A DNA stretch of 64,000 bases from a virus. The notes beneath the pieces were generated by a model. The model was not told the origin of the DNA, made no database searches, and saw nothing but the letters and a program-made list of their open reading frames with translations. Positions 1 to 9,984 of this stretch are shown in pieces; position 1 is the first letter of the stretch; each line of letters opens with the position of its first letter. The stretch covers positions 82,478 through 146,477 of the IMG/VR virus record IMGVR_UViG_3300044629_000431; one strand, 5' to 3'. Made by a program: the position numbers and the translations under genes.

Positions 1-874
1 AGAACACCTCACGGTTGACCTTCTGACCGTCGATGATAGCACCAGTCTTGGACGTGATATACATCCAAGAGAAACCACGCTCCTCCAGTTGAGTGCAGAA
101 GTCAGTCTGAGAAACCAGAGAAACGATCTGCTTGGTTGCTTTAGAGCAGATCAGAACCTTGCCAACCTCTTGAGCATCAATAGTCTGAATGAGGTTCTCA
201 CAGTCAACGTCAGCGACGATCTGACCCTTGCTGAGCATCTCAAACTGCTGCACCACAACCTTAGGAGGAACGATGAAACCACCGTCCACCAGTTCAGGAG
301 CAGGAACATTGCAGATCACGTTGCCATAAACGGCAGCGTCATTCATACCAGGTTTGGAAATAGTAGCAGAATGCTTAGGAGTAGCAGTGAAGAAATAGCA
401 GCGGTCAGCATTAGCAGAGAAGTGCTCCGTAGCAGGGAAAAAGTGACGCTGAACGCTGTTGTGTGCCTCATCAAAGTAAATGGTATCAACGTGAATATCT
501 GCCTGCTGAAGACGCTGCAGGGAGTTATAGGTGGTAAAAATGAGTTTGTGACCCTTCGCTTGCTCATACCAGGCACGAATCACATTGGGGCGAGTGCTGC
601 TGAAGTGGTGCGTCTCACCAGAATGGACGTGCAGAACCTGAGCATTTGTGATAAACTCAAGGAACTCGCTGGACAACTGCTCTGCCAGGAGGATGCGCGG
701 AGCACAGACTACAATAGTCTGAGGAGTATTTTTCAGAAACTCACGAATAGCATCAAAGATAGCGATGTTGGTCTTGCCGCCGCCAGTCGGGATAATCACC
801 TGACCCTTGCGGTGTTGCAGCAGGGCATCCAGAGCACGTTGCTGGTGGGGACGGAGTTGAATCACTGACCTCAT
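1..874 (-). CDS. SF2 DEAH-box helicase (type III restriction Res-subunit-like), runs off the window start
   Basis: Hand-translated from ATG 874: MRSVIQLRPHQQRALDALL...IIPTGGGKT (Q motif and Walker A)...TIYFDEAHN (motif II)...YFFTATP (motif III). Absent from the ORF track because it is truncated. Confidence 0.9.
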   Translation of the reverse strand, partial: MRSVIQLRPHQQRALDALLQHRKGQVIIPTGGGKTNIAIFDAIREFLKNTPQTIVVCAPRILLAEQLSSEFLEFITNAQVLHVHSGETHHFSSTRPNVIRAWYEQAKGHKLIFTTYNSLQRLQQADIHVDTIYFDEAHNSVQRHFFPATEHFSANADRCYFFTATPKHSATISKPGMNDAAVYGNVICNVPAPELVDGGFIVPPKVVVQQFEMLSKGQIVADVDCENLIQTIDAQEVGKVLICSKATKQIVSLVSQTDFCTQLEERGFSWMYITSKTGAIIDGQKVNREVF

Positions 875-887
875 TGCGTATAGGACT

Positions 888-942
888 ATTATAGCACTAA
901 AAAAGGGGGTCGGAACCCCCTTGTGCCAGTTGTAAAACTGTC
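888..942 (-). promoter_or_regulatory. Extended -10 promoter (TGcTATAAT) with upstream palindrome CAGTT-N4-AACTG for the helicase gene
   Basis: TATAAT at 893-888; inverted repeat at 927-940. Confidence 0.55.
899..922 (-). terminator. Rho-independent terminator after the tail fibre gene
   Basis: AAGGGGGTTCCGACCCCCTTTTTT hairpin plus U-tract. Confidence 0.8.
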
Positions 943-944
943 TA

Positions 945-3419
945 TTAGAACAATGTGAAACTTGTAGAACCTACACCAGGAACAGTGAACACTAACTGAT
1001 TGCCCACCGTTGTAATTTGAACAGCAGTTCCAATACCACTTAAGAAACCATTGGTTGCTGTTACTATACCAGCACTTACCGTAACACCAGTTCCAACTCT
1101 AAGAGATGATGTTGTTGTAACACCAGATACATTAAGTTGATCCAACTCAGTGTGTCCCAATACATCAAGTCCACCATTTGCATCAATAAATCCTTCAATT
1201 ATGGTGTCACCGGTATTGGCGACAACAAAGAATTTATCACCACCTGAGGGATTTCTAACAGCAAAGTCGTCATCAACATCGACCGTACCATTAAATTCAG
1301 AATTACCATTAATAGTAAGGTTTCCAAATGTAGAAACACCAGATACATTCAATTGTTTAGTAAAGAATGTAGGACCAGTAACTGTTGTAATGCCACTGAA
1401 AGTAGAAATACCTCCGCCTGCGCCAGGGAAAACATTCAATGAGGTGCAAGTTACAATACCACCAATTACATTGGAAGCATCAGTTGCGAAACCAGTAAAG
1501 TTAGCATAAGTTGCAATACCAGATCTTTCAGCATAAGAAATTGTTCCGCTTGCCGCCATTTGAACCCAAGCGGAACCAGTATAATACTCAGGAACTGCAG
1601 TGGTGGTATTAAATACGACTGCTCCTCTGATATTATCAGTCGAAGTATCTAAGTTATTTCTCTGAGTTGTATTCAGACGAGGAAGTATCATAAAGCGATA
1701 CGCATCGCTGAAATATCCAACTCCTGCTTCAGAGAAATCGACAGCAGCCTTTGGTCGTGTGGTTCCAACACCAACAGATCTTATAAGAACTCTCTTGCCA
1801 ATAGCATTAATATCAATTTGTGGATATGATGCTGTACTACCAACACCAATAAATGATGAAGAAGCAACTAAACCTAAACCACCAACTAGATCTTGATTAG
1901 TACCCAGTTGAAGAGAATAGTTGGTAGTATCAGTTCCGATAGCTACATTTGACAAACTTGCAAGATTAGTTACATCAATATCATAAAATGTTGATACCCC
2001 AATAGTATTATTGAGATTTGCACTAATGCCACCAAGAACATTTAAATTATTTGTGGTAAAGTTTCCACTAACACCTAAGTCTCCATATAAAGTTGAGTCT
2101 CCAACAACAAATAAGTCATCACCAATGTAAAGATCTTGAGTAATTGTTGAAGTTCCAACAACGTGCAACTCATGGTCTGGATTTGTTTTTGCAATACCCA
2201 GTCTACCACCATAAGTCAGAGTCATTTTTGCACTCTGATCTTGACCATAAACCCAGTTGAAGTTACCGGTTCCAAGACCAGCAGCACCACGATGAATATA
2301 ATAGTTTACGCTTCCTCTATCGTAATTGACAAGATCTAACGATGTTTGCCCACTAAAGGTATCTGCTAAGTTACCAAAACGAATCTCACCACCCTGTTGA
2401 CCTCTAGTTAAAGTTCTAGCAACACCAACATAAGATTCTTGAGTGCTGGTTAACTGAACTCCACCAACACCATTCTTTACAACATGTATTTCTGCAGTTG
2501 GAGAATGAGTATTCAGACCAATGTTATTTTCAACATAGAGTCTATTTGAAACAGAAGCAATTCCTGTTGTTGAGTTATTTGATACAGTTATGTTTGATGC
2601 TGTTACAAAACCCACAATAATATCAGGGGTTCCTGTTAATGAACGAGCAGTAGATGCTATTCCAGTTACGTTTCCAGTTACATCACCAGTTACATTACCA
2701 ATTAAGTTTCCTACAAAACCACCACTAGATGTCGTGACTCCAGTTACAACAAGATTATTAGTTCTTACAAATGGGGAAGTTAAAATGCCACTAATATTAA
2801 TATTTGATGCAAGGCGAGCATTGTCTAATGTTCCTGCAGAAATATTAGATGCATTTAATGCTGTAACTCCAGCTCCAGAACCAACATAACTTTGAGCAGT
2901 AACAATACCTGTCGAGTAGATATTACCAGTCGAGTCAATTCCAACACCTGTTGCACCAACATTTGCAAAGATTCTGCTTTGGTCAGAACCACCAACTTGG
3001 AAAGGATAGAATGGAGATACTGTGCTGACTCCAACAAATCCTTGTGCATAAATGCTCGTAAAACCTAGACCAATATCTACATCTAACCATTGAGATGTTG
3101 GTAGGTTAAGAAGTCTTCCACCATCACCATAATAAGTTACGATTCCAGCGACACCAGTAACAATTCCAGACTGACTAACTGAAACTATACCTGCTCTGAT
3201 ACCACCACTAAACGTAGAAACACCCGATGCTCTAATATTTGCAGCAAAAACTTCCGTAGCAGTGACTAGCCCGACTACCTTTGCAGTTCCTCTTACATCA
3301 AGAAGTTCGGTTGGAACTGATGTACCGATTCCAACCAAACCATTAGGGTTTACGATTAAATTGTCATCATCTACCTGTACACCATTACGAAAGTTAAAAG
3401 TTTTTCTAATATTAGCCAT
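945..3419 (-). CDS. Tail fibre / virion structural protein
   Basis: 824 aa; repeated VGIGT, GIVTA and GNVTG fibre motifs; cyanomyovirus-type N-terminus; late promoter ATAAATA upstream. Confidence 0.8.
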   Translation of the reverse strand: MANIRKTFNFRNGVQVDDDNLIVNPNGLVGIGTSVPTELLDVRGTAKVVGLVTATEVFAANIRASGVSTFSGGIRAGIVSVSQSGIVTGVAGIVTYYGDGGRLLNLPTSQWLDVDIGLGFTSIYAQGFVGVSTVSPFYPFQVGGSDQSRIFANVGATGVGIDSTGNIYSTGIVTAQSYVGSGAGVTALNASNISAGTLDNARLASNINISGILTSPFVRTNNLVVTGVTTSSGGFVGNLIGNVTGDVTGNVTGIASTARSLTGTPDIIVGFVTASNITVSNNSTTGIASVSNRLYVENNIGLNTHSPTAEIHVVKNGVGGVQLTSTQESYVGVARTLTRGQQGGEIRFGNLADTFSGQTSLDLVNYDRGSVNYYIHRGAAGLGTGNFNWVYGQDQSAKMTLTYGGRLGIAKTNPDHELHVVGTSTITQDLYIGDDLFVVGDSTLYGDLGVSGNFTTNNLNVLGGISANLNNTIGVSTFYDIDVTNLASLSNVAIGTDTTNYSLQLGTNQDLVGGLGLVASSSFIGVGSTASYPQIDINAIGKRVLIRSVGVGTTRPKAAVDFSEAGVGYFSDAYRFMILPRLNTTQRNNLDTSTDNIRGAVVFNTTTAVPEYYTGSAWVQMAASGTISYAERSGIATYANFTGFATDASNVIGGIVTCTSLNVFPGAGGGISTFSGITTVTGPTFFTKQLNVSGVSTFGNLTINGNSEFNGTVDVDDDFAVRNPSGGDKFFVVANTGDTIIEGFIDANGGLDVLGHTELDQLNVSGVTTTSSLRVGTGVTVSAGIVTATNGFLSGIGTAVQITTVGNQLVFTVPGVGSTSFTLF

Positions 3420-3446
3420 CGTGTATGGTATTTTTAGTTATTTATC

Positions 3447-4622
3447 CTATTTCTTAATTGCTTTAAAAATAATGCAGGGCGACGCTGCATCTTGTCTAGT
3501 AGATGCACCACTAACATATTCATCGTTTACGTCTTCTTTCATTGGAAAAACATTGTAAAACAAGAAATCAATTAAATCACGATGTCTTCTACCAAGTGGT
3601 GTCAAAATATCATACATTTGCACATTATTTCCCATTTTTTCAATAACTTTTTCCCAGAAATTAATGGAGGTCCCATCTTTAAATCTCAAAGTCAGGTTTC
3701 CATTGTTACCCTTTTTATTGACAAAAAATTCATGCACTTCATTAATAAAAAATGTTTTTAAGTGAATTGTAGAATCCGTTTGTGGAATAATATGACCATC
3801 AGGAACTGAAAAATTATACTGTTCAAGTCTACGAATAAATGCTGGGACGTTCATTAACATTCCTAGACTTTGATCAGAGTATCCATATTCCCTGGATATT
3901 GGTGACATCACATTAAATGGGTTACGTTGGTTTTTAAACCTATCCCAATGCCTTTGCTCCTCTTCAGTCCAATAGTTCACAGTATATTTTTTCTCACCAG
4001 TTCGTAAATCGTAAGTTTTTTCTGCTGTAGATTCAATCATATACTCGGTATATCTATCAACATCGGACATAATTTTACTTTCCTGAGATATGGTCATTAC
4101 CTTTTCAAAATCAACTGTTAAATCAAATTCAGATATTACGCCAGGCATTGCAGAACCTGGATGCTTGCTAAACAAAGTTCCACCTGGTTTTAATACCCTA
4201 TAGCATTCTTTTATCATTTGCTCAACATCTTCAGCATAACCTATTGTTTCTAAAAACAATAACGTGTCAAAATAGTTGTCTTCAAATGGAAGTTTGTCCC
4301 AACTTGCTATTTTAAATCTTGATTCATATCCTGGATTTCTTTCTTTAGCACATTTTATTTGCTCTTCAGAAATGTCAATACCATAATATTTGACAGATTT
4401 TTTCTTTTTAATAAGTCTTTTAAAAAAATATCCTCCACCACATCCACACTCCAGTACATATTGTCCCATTTTGGACATTTTAATAATATTATCTACATCT
4501 TGATCAATAAATGTACTAGGATCAGAGTCTAGATCAACTAAAAGTGCTCCATTGTAATAGTTACCTTCATCATTACTCAATAAAGGTGCAATAGCATTAT
4601 AGTATTCAAGAGTATTGTCCAT
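3447..4622 (-). CDS. Class I SAM-dependent methyltransferase (paralog of 7145..8302)
   Basis: VLECGCGGG, YYGIDISEEQI, LPFEDNYFD, RVLKPGG motifs. Confidence 0.9.
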   Translation of the reverse strand: MDNTLEYYNAIAPLLSNDEGNYYNGALLVDLDSDPSTFIDQDVDNIIKMSKMGQYVLECGCGGGYFFKRLIKKKKSVKYYGIDISEEQIKCAKERNPGYESRFKIASWDKLPFEDNYFDTLLFLETIGYAEDVEQMIKECYRVLKPGGTLFSKHPGSAMPGVISEFDLTVDFEKVMTISQESKIMSDVDRYTEYMIESTAEKTYDLRTGEKKYTVNYWTEEEQRHWDRFKNQRNPFNVMSPISREYGYSDQSLGMLMNVPAFIRRLEQYNFSVPDGHIIPQTDSTIHLKTFFINEVHEFFVNKKGNNGNLTLRFKDGTSINFWEKVIEKMGNNVQMYDILTPLGRRHRDLIDFLFYNVFPMKEDVNDEYVSGASTRQDAASPCIIFKAIKK

Positions 4623-4636
4623 TTTTTTATTTTTAT

Positions 4637-5377
4637 TTATTGAATATATGGATTGGTGGAGTTATATGTTCTATAGAATTTGATAGTTGGTTTTTGATCT
4701 TTATAGAGCTTTACTTTGAAATGAAAATGGAACTTATTTGGAGTGTATCCATCAAAAATACGTTCATACTTATTAAAAATAGTTTTATTGATATTTGGAA
4801 AACACTCAAGCAATATATTTTTTGTATTTAAAAAAGTATCAACTGAATAGTTTGGTAGTAGTTCTACATTGATATTATCATGAATTACATTTCCATTTTT
4901 ATCAAAGTCAAAAGCATATAAAACATTATATGTGCCACCACCAAGAACTCTTGCTAGGTCTACAGCATCACTTTTCATCTTATGATCTATATTATTAAAC
5001 TCACCAAGCAAAAACCCACATTTAAAATCTGTGTCTTTACCAATATTATCAATTAATTTGGTAAAATAACTGTATCTATATTTTGTATTAAGTCCAAATG
5101 ACTTATTAATTAAATCATATTCTTTTTCGGTGACACCATTTACAGATAAATGAAAATATGGAGACTCAATAAACTTATTCTGTGGTGTTATTGCTTTGTG
5201 AAATGTTCTCAGACCTTGAACTTCATTTAGTTCATTTGTCAGAATATTGTAGATATAGTTGTAGTCATTTTTTATTTTCGACTTTTCTTTAAAAGAAACT
5301 TCACTATAGTCTAAAAAACAATAATGATATGAAACATGGTCAGAGGTCAAGTCCCTCTCAAAAAGATAATAAGTCAT
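4637..5377 (-). CDS. Hypothetical protein (paralog of 8295..9014)
   Basis: 246-aa ORF coupled within the operon; shares SY(H)Y, FD..G....D.(I/V)..EL.P and H.K.K......IK(F/Y)YR motifs with 8295..9014. Confidence 0.7.
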   Translation of the reverse strand: MTYYLFERDLTSDHVSYHYCFLDYSEVSFKEKSKIKNDYNYIYNILTNELNEVQGLRTFHKAITPQNKFIESPYFHLSVNGVTEKEYDLINKSFGLNTKYRYSYFTKLIDNIGKDTDFKCGFLLGEFNNIDHKMKSDAVDLARVLGGGTYNVLYAFDFDKNGNVIHDNINVELLPNYSVDTFLNTKNILLECFPNINKTIFNKYERIFDGYTPNKFHFHFKVKLYKDQKPTIKFYRTYNSTNPYIQ

Positions 5378-6063
5378 AATTGATTGTTATGAATACCAAG
5401 CCAGAATACAATTGTATATCTATTTCCAGAAGTAATAGGAGTTACTCCATGATAGTACATCCAGTTACTGGGGAAAACAATAACATCACCAGTTTTAAAA
5501 CCAAATGTTTTTCCTATTGATGGAAAATCTAAATATCCCCCCTCATAGTTCTCATTTAAGTAAACACATACTGTCAGTAACCTAGAGAAGTTTAGTGACT
5601 CTGCATAATGATCATGATGTATTCTAAAAAAGTCATCTTTAGAATAGTCTAAAATGTGGGAATCGCTGATATTTAATCTATCACCATAGGCATAATAAAA
5701 TGGTCTAACATCTCTTACATATCTTCTACCAACTTCTGCAGATATGTCACGAATAATTTTATTTGAAAATGTTTTGAACTCATCATCAACAGCAAAAAGA
5801 TTGACATATTCACCTGTCCTTAACAGGTCTGTCATTGGACTATCAAACTCATTCTTGTGCTTCTCATTATGAATTTTTTGAGAAAATTCCTCACAAATTT
5901 CTTTTTTTACCAAATTTGTATAAACTTTCACATAATCATCCATGTTTAAATTAAATTTGTTATCTTTAACTTCGGATAACATTTCAAGGTATTCCTTATT
6001 AAATCCATTCCTATACTCTTGATTATTAAATCTAGAATATAAATTTGTAAAAGTATTATGCAT
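5374..6063 (-). CDS. 2OG-Fe(II) oxygenase, prolyl-4-hydroxylase-like
   Basis: HHD...YLNENYEGG...FPSNWMYYHGVTPITSGNRY. Confidence 0.9.
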   Translation of the reverse strand: MHNTFTNLYSRFNNQEYRNGFNKEYLEMLSEVKDNKFNLNMDDYVKVYTNLVKKEICEEFSQKIHNEKHKNEFDSPMTDLLRTGEYVNLFAVDDEFKTFSNKIIRDISAEVGRRYVRDVRPFYYAYGDRLNISDSHILDYSKDDFFRIHHDHYAESLNFSRLLTVCVYLNENYEGGYLDFPSIGKTFGFKTGDVIVFPSNWMYYHGVTPITSGNRYTIVFWLGIHNNQL

Positions 6064-6562
6064 CTTCTACACAAATATCAATACTAATAAATTCGAAATC
6101 TTTATCTGAGTTATTTTTTGCAGAATGTTTTATATGTCTTACATCAAAGAAGTATAGTTCTCCTTTTTTCCAATTAATTTCTTCATCGCCATAGTAAAAC
6201 ATTGCCTCAGTATCCATTAAAGGAATGTGTGCTCTAAAGAATTCTTTATGCCAATAGCAAGTATCAACATGCTCTCCAACATGCTGACCTGATGGAACTG
6301 TTATTTTTGAGAATGCCAGGATACGATCATCATTAGCAAACTTTTCAATTGTTTCTGTAGAATACTTATCTTTTGGAATGGTTGCTTCTTCTCTTGGAAT
6401 CTTCTTGAATGCATAAAGAACGCATCCACTGTCATCATCAATATTCCAAGAAATTTTCATATTTGTTTTTGGACTAAAGTATTCATCCAAAATCAACGGT
6501 TTTAACTCATTAATTTTATTATAAAAGTCAACATAATAAGGTCTAGAAAAATCAATAGTCAT
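6056..6562 (-). CDS. Aspartyl/asparaginyl beta-hydroxylase-like Fe/2OG oxygenase
   Basis: EHVD...FRAHIPL...WKKGELYFFD...HSAKN. Confidence 0.8.
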   Translation of the reverse strand: MTIDFSRPYYVDFYNKINELKPLILDEYFSPKTNMKISWNIDDDSGCVLYAFKKIPREEATIPKDKYSTETIEKFANDDRILAFSKITVPSGQHVGEHVDTCYWHKEFFRAHIPLMDTEAMFYYGDEEINWKKGELYFFDVRHIKHSAKNNSDKDFEFISIDICVEDA

Positions 6563-7170
6563 AATTTCTCATAAGCTCCCATATCAATATTTAGAACCTT
6601 CAAGTAAAGGGGGTCATTTGTAAAGTGTGAACCTAGATATTCTCTATCATTCTCATAAAGAATGTCAAAACAAAGGAAACAAAGATCTACGTCTTTTGAC
6701 TTGTTCGTTCCACTATGAGAGTCGTAAACAAAATCAAGTATAAAGGGTTTTCCTACTTCAACTTTAATAGTTCCAAAACTTTCAGCAGTAATATAACTTT
6801 CATCAGCGGTAATAGGAACTAAAATTCTCCAAAGGTTTTTGCCATAATAAGGAGGGTCTACATGCTCCTTAATGTCAGAACTTGCTGCAAAAGTATTCAA
6901 ACTCACAGTTGGAATATTCTCATCTAGAATAATATCCTTAAGTTTATCACTATAAAAGTTTTTAAGTTGAAGTCCATCCGTTGGAGACTTGATAACTCTA
7001 AATCTCCAGTCTCCATATTCATATTTTGATGGAACTTTATATTCAGGAACTTCTGTGAAGTCTTGTTTTAAAACATCTGGAGTTACATCAAGAATTTTTT
7101 GAAAGTAACTCTTTACATACTTAGACTCTAGATCTAAAAAGGGCTTATTCTGGGGAGTCGTCGATTTCAT
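6559..7170 (-). CDS. Aspartyl/asparaginyl beta-hydroxylase-like Fe/2OG oxygenase
   Basis: EHVD...WRILVPI...GKPFILD...HSGTN...FDI. Confidence 0.75.
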   Translation of the reverse strand: MKSTTPQNKPFLDLESKYVKSYFQKILDVTPDVLKQDFTEVPEYKVPSKYEYGDWRFRVIKSPTDGLQLKNFYSDKLKDIILDENIPTVSLNTFAASSDIKEHVDPPYYGKNLWRILVPITADESYITAESFGTIKVEVGKPFILDFVYDSHSGTNKSKDVDLCFLCFDILYENDREYLGSHFTNDPLYLKVLNIDMGAYEKL

Positions 7171-8302
7171 AACTTACATCTAGATTAACAACACGTGATT
7201 CTGAAGTATCTTCTGCTACAGCATCACTTGAGAATGATGTTGAGTATGAAAGTGTAGTAGAAGAATCTGTAGTTGATGTCACACCAACACCATCATAAGA
7301 TATTTTTTCTTCACAAGGAACTTGAACAAATTCAGCTTGTTCTGGGTGTTGTGAAATATAGTTTTCTCTATACTCAGAATATCTCTGCATGTATGGAGCA
7401 TTTGGATGCGTAGGATCAATTTGAGACTTTTCAATACCTTCGTTATATGTCTTATTGATATGAGGAAGTTCGGAAATATGATTGATAGCATCGGCAACTT
7501 TTTTGAACACAAATATCATACACTCATGATATCTGTTTGGGGCATAATTTTGAGTCTCATTCTTTCTAATATGTTCAATATAAGATGGATGTGCTTCACA
7601 AAATTCATCAGATGAACAGAAAGTTTCATTATAAGTCATTACATCATATTCTGGGACTTCAATTTTTTCAACTTCAAAACCATTCTCAAGAAAACTTTCT
7701 TCTATGAGACTTTTGTTTGGAAGCATACCAAGAGATGCCTCACTATATCCATATTCTTTTTCTATGTCAGCAAACTTTTCTTGATATTTTGAATCAAGTT
7801 CTTCATCATGAACTACTTTAATTGGGTTTTTAATAATTACTCTACCACCAATTTTAAGTCCTGTTGATATAGTCTTAATAAGAGTATCAAGATTTGTTGT
7901 GTAACCAATACTTTCAATAAAGTAAACCGCATCAAAATACGGTTCAGCCATTACAAGTTCATTCATATCTTTACAGAAAAAAGATGATGCATAACTTTCT
8001 GCAGATTTTGATGCGTTATCAATTTGCTTTTCACAGCAATCTACACCAAGATATCTACAATTTTTGTAGTTTGGATGAGTTTTTAAGAACTTATGAAACT
8101 GACCATTACCGCAACCAACATCGGCAATGAATGAATCGTGATTAAGTTCCCCCAAGTCTGCTAAGTACTGATAGTTTTGTTCCCTAAGACCTAAAGATCC
8201 ATACTTTTCACTTTTAATCAAAGCAACTTGATATCCCTGAGGATACTTTTCGTTGATTACATCAGCAAGAGAATCATAATAAGATACGGTTGTTTCATCC
8301 AT
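7145..8302 (-). CDS. Class I SAM-dependent methyltransferase with acidic Ser/Thr-rich tail
   Basis: IADVGCGNG, YLGVD, FDAVYFIESIGY, LKIGG; shares EYGYS..SLGML with 3447..4622. Confidence 0.9.
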   Translation of the reverse strand: MDETTVSYYDSLADVINEKYPQGYQVALIKSEKYGSLGLREQNYQYLADLGELNHDSFIADVGCGNGQFHKFLKTHPNYKNCRYLGVDCCEKQIDNASKSAESYASSFFCKDMNELVMAEPYFDAVYFIESIGYTTNLDTLIKTISTGLKIGGRVIIKNPIKVVHDEELDSKYQEKFADIEKEYGYSEASLGMLPNKSLIEESFLENGFEVEKIEVPEYDVMTYNETFCSSDEFCEAHPSYIEHIRKNETQNYAPNRYHECMIFVFKKVADAINHISELPHINKTYNEGIEKSQIDPTHPNAPYMQRYSEYRENYISQHPEQAEFVQVPCEEKISYDGVGVTSTTDSSTTLSYSTSFSSDAVAEDTSESRVVNLDVSYEIDDSPE

Positions 8303-9014
8303 AGTAAAATTCTGGAATGTTTACGTTGATTGATCTGTAATACTTTATGTTTTTAATTTCCCCGTTTTCAATTTTAAACTTAACGTGGGAAAACTTTTTG
8401 AAGTTTAAAAAATATCTTTCAAATGGATCTGTATTGATACCATAAATCTTCAAAATATTTATAAAGCCCTTTGAACCATCAATAGTATTTTGTGGATATA
8501 ACTCTAAATGAACTGTGTCGTAATTGAGTTTTCCTCCACATCCATCAAAACCCAAACAATAAAAAATTGGATTGAACTTAGATATAATTTCTCTGGTCAT
8601 ATCTAGAGTATTAGTTCCCATATCAAATTCATCTAAATTTGCTTTGGGAAATATTTCTCGATGAGGAATATCATCTCCAATATCATCTAGATTAAAAGTA
8701 AAAGAGTTTTGATTTCTAATAGGGATAATTCCTAGTTTATTCACCTCATCGTATTTACTCTGGTCCTTCAGAGTAAAGTTTACAAAAGTTCCCCTGCGAG
8801 AAATATTCAAAAATAGAATATGAAAATTTATATTCTCAAACTTTTCTTTGATAGTTGCCTCTATTTTAAATAATTTTGAACTATTTTCACGTTCTGGTAT
8901 TTGAGATAAACTCTTATAACCATAATGATATGAAAAATATGGTTGAGAGTAAATCTCCCGTTCTATTCCAATACCAAAATCAGAATGTAACTGTACTACC
9001 TGCTGTTGTTCCAC
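8295..9014 (-). CDS. Hypothetical protein (paralog of 4637..5377)
   Basis: 239-aa ORF overlapping both neighbours; C-terminal FSHVKFKIENGEIKNIKYYRS. Confidence 0.7.
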   Translation of the reverse strand: MEQQQVVQLHSDFGIGIEREIYSQPYFSYHYGYKSLSQIPERENSSKLFKIEATIKEKFENINFHILFLNISRRGTFVNFTLKDQSKYDEVNKLGIIPIRNQNSFTFNLDDIGDDIPHREIFPKANLDEFDMGTNTLDMTREIISKFNPIFYCLGFDGCGGKLNYDTVHLELYPQNTIDGSKGFINILKIYGINTDPFERYFLNFKKFSHVKFKIENGEIKNIKYYRSINVNIPEFYYG

Positions 9015-9984
9015 TTGTCAATACCACATAATAAGCACTACTTCTACGACGAATTGCATCTCCACCAGAACCTCCACTACCTCCACCACTCGCGCCCCAT
9101 CCTCCACCTGGTGATCCAGAATTAGAGCAAATAGTTCCTTGAGGATATCCTCCACAACGTCCACCACCGCCGCCGCCAGAACCAGGAACGGTGCTTGTGT
9201 CCTCATCACCATCTCCACCAGATCCACCACCACCTGCCGGGAAGTTTGATGGTGGTGCGCCGCTGCCCCCGCCGCCTGCACCACCACCTTTTCCACCACC
9301 TCCACCAGATCCACCAATAGAAGTATTACTTACGTTACAGCAATAACATTCATTAAATGATTGTGTTTTGCCGCCACTACCGCCTCCACCACCTCCACCA
9401 CCAAGAATACGGTTATTATTTTTAAGATAGATATTTGAAGCAACAGAAAAAGCCGTTCCACCTGGAGATCCAGATCCTCCACCATCTCCACCCTTTCCAC
9501 CTTTTCCATAAATTGCATAGTCATTAGTCAAATAGCAAGTTGTATTTGATCTAGAACCTTGTGGAATTGTCAAACCATAGTTTGATGTTAGAGTTGCTCT
9601 ACAATTACCAGTTGTTTCTGCATCAAAAAATACCGTATTGTTGCTATTAGATTTTAATGCTTCATTTTCAATCGTATTAACATCAATTGAAGCATTATTT
9701 CCACTTAACTGGACTACCGCTTGTCTAGCATAATAGTATACTTTATTGTAAAAATTAGTAAGAGCAATAGTTGTCCCAGCTCCAGCAACAGGAACATTAT
9801 CAAAATGAGATGCTTTTGTTGGATGACTTGAATCAGTTCTTGCTTGATCAGTGCATTTATTTTTCTTCAAATATGTAGAACCATAATAAAACTCATTCAT
9901 TGCAACCTGACCCTGTGGACCTAAGTTTGTATACTCTGTTCTTAGATCCGATAAAGCAATTTGTCCGCTTGATTGTAAGGTCAT
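8980..9984 (-). CDS. Gly-rich receptor-binding adhesin (T2 gp38-like fibre tip)
   Basis: N-terminal MTLQSSGQIALSDLRTEY attachment motif; IYGKGGKGGDGG and NNNRILGGGGGGGG polyglycine motifs; Cys-rich variable loops. Confidence 0.75.
   Translation of the reverse strand: MTLQSSGQIALSDLRTEYTNLGPQGQVAMNEFYYGSTYLKKNKCTDQARTDSSHPTKASHFDNVPVAGAGTTIALTNFYNKVYYYARQAVVQLSGNNASIDVNTIENEALKSNSNNTVFFDAETTGNCRATLTSNYGLTIPQGSRSNTTCYLTNDYAIYGKGGKGGDGGGSGSPGGTAFSVASNIYLKNNNRILGGGGGGGGSGGKTQSFNECYCCNVSNTSIGGSGGGGGKGGGAGGGGSGAPPSNFPAGGGGSGGDGDEDTSTVPGSGGGGGGRCGGYPQGTICSNSGSPGGGWGASGGGSGGSGGDAIRRRSSAYYVVLTSGTTAGSTVTF

Noticed and set aside
89-868. 259-aa plus-strand ORF
   Set aside because: Antisense shadow of the minus-strand helicase, which has clear SF2 motifs
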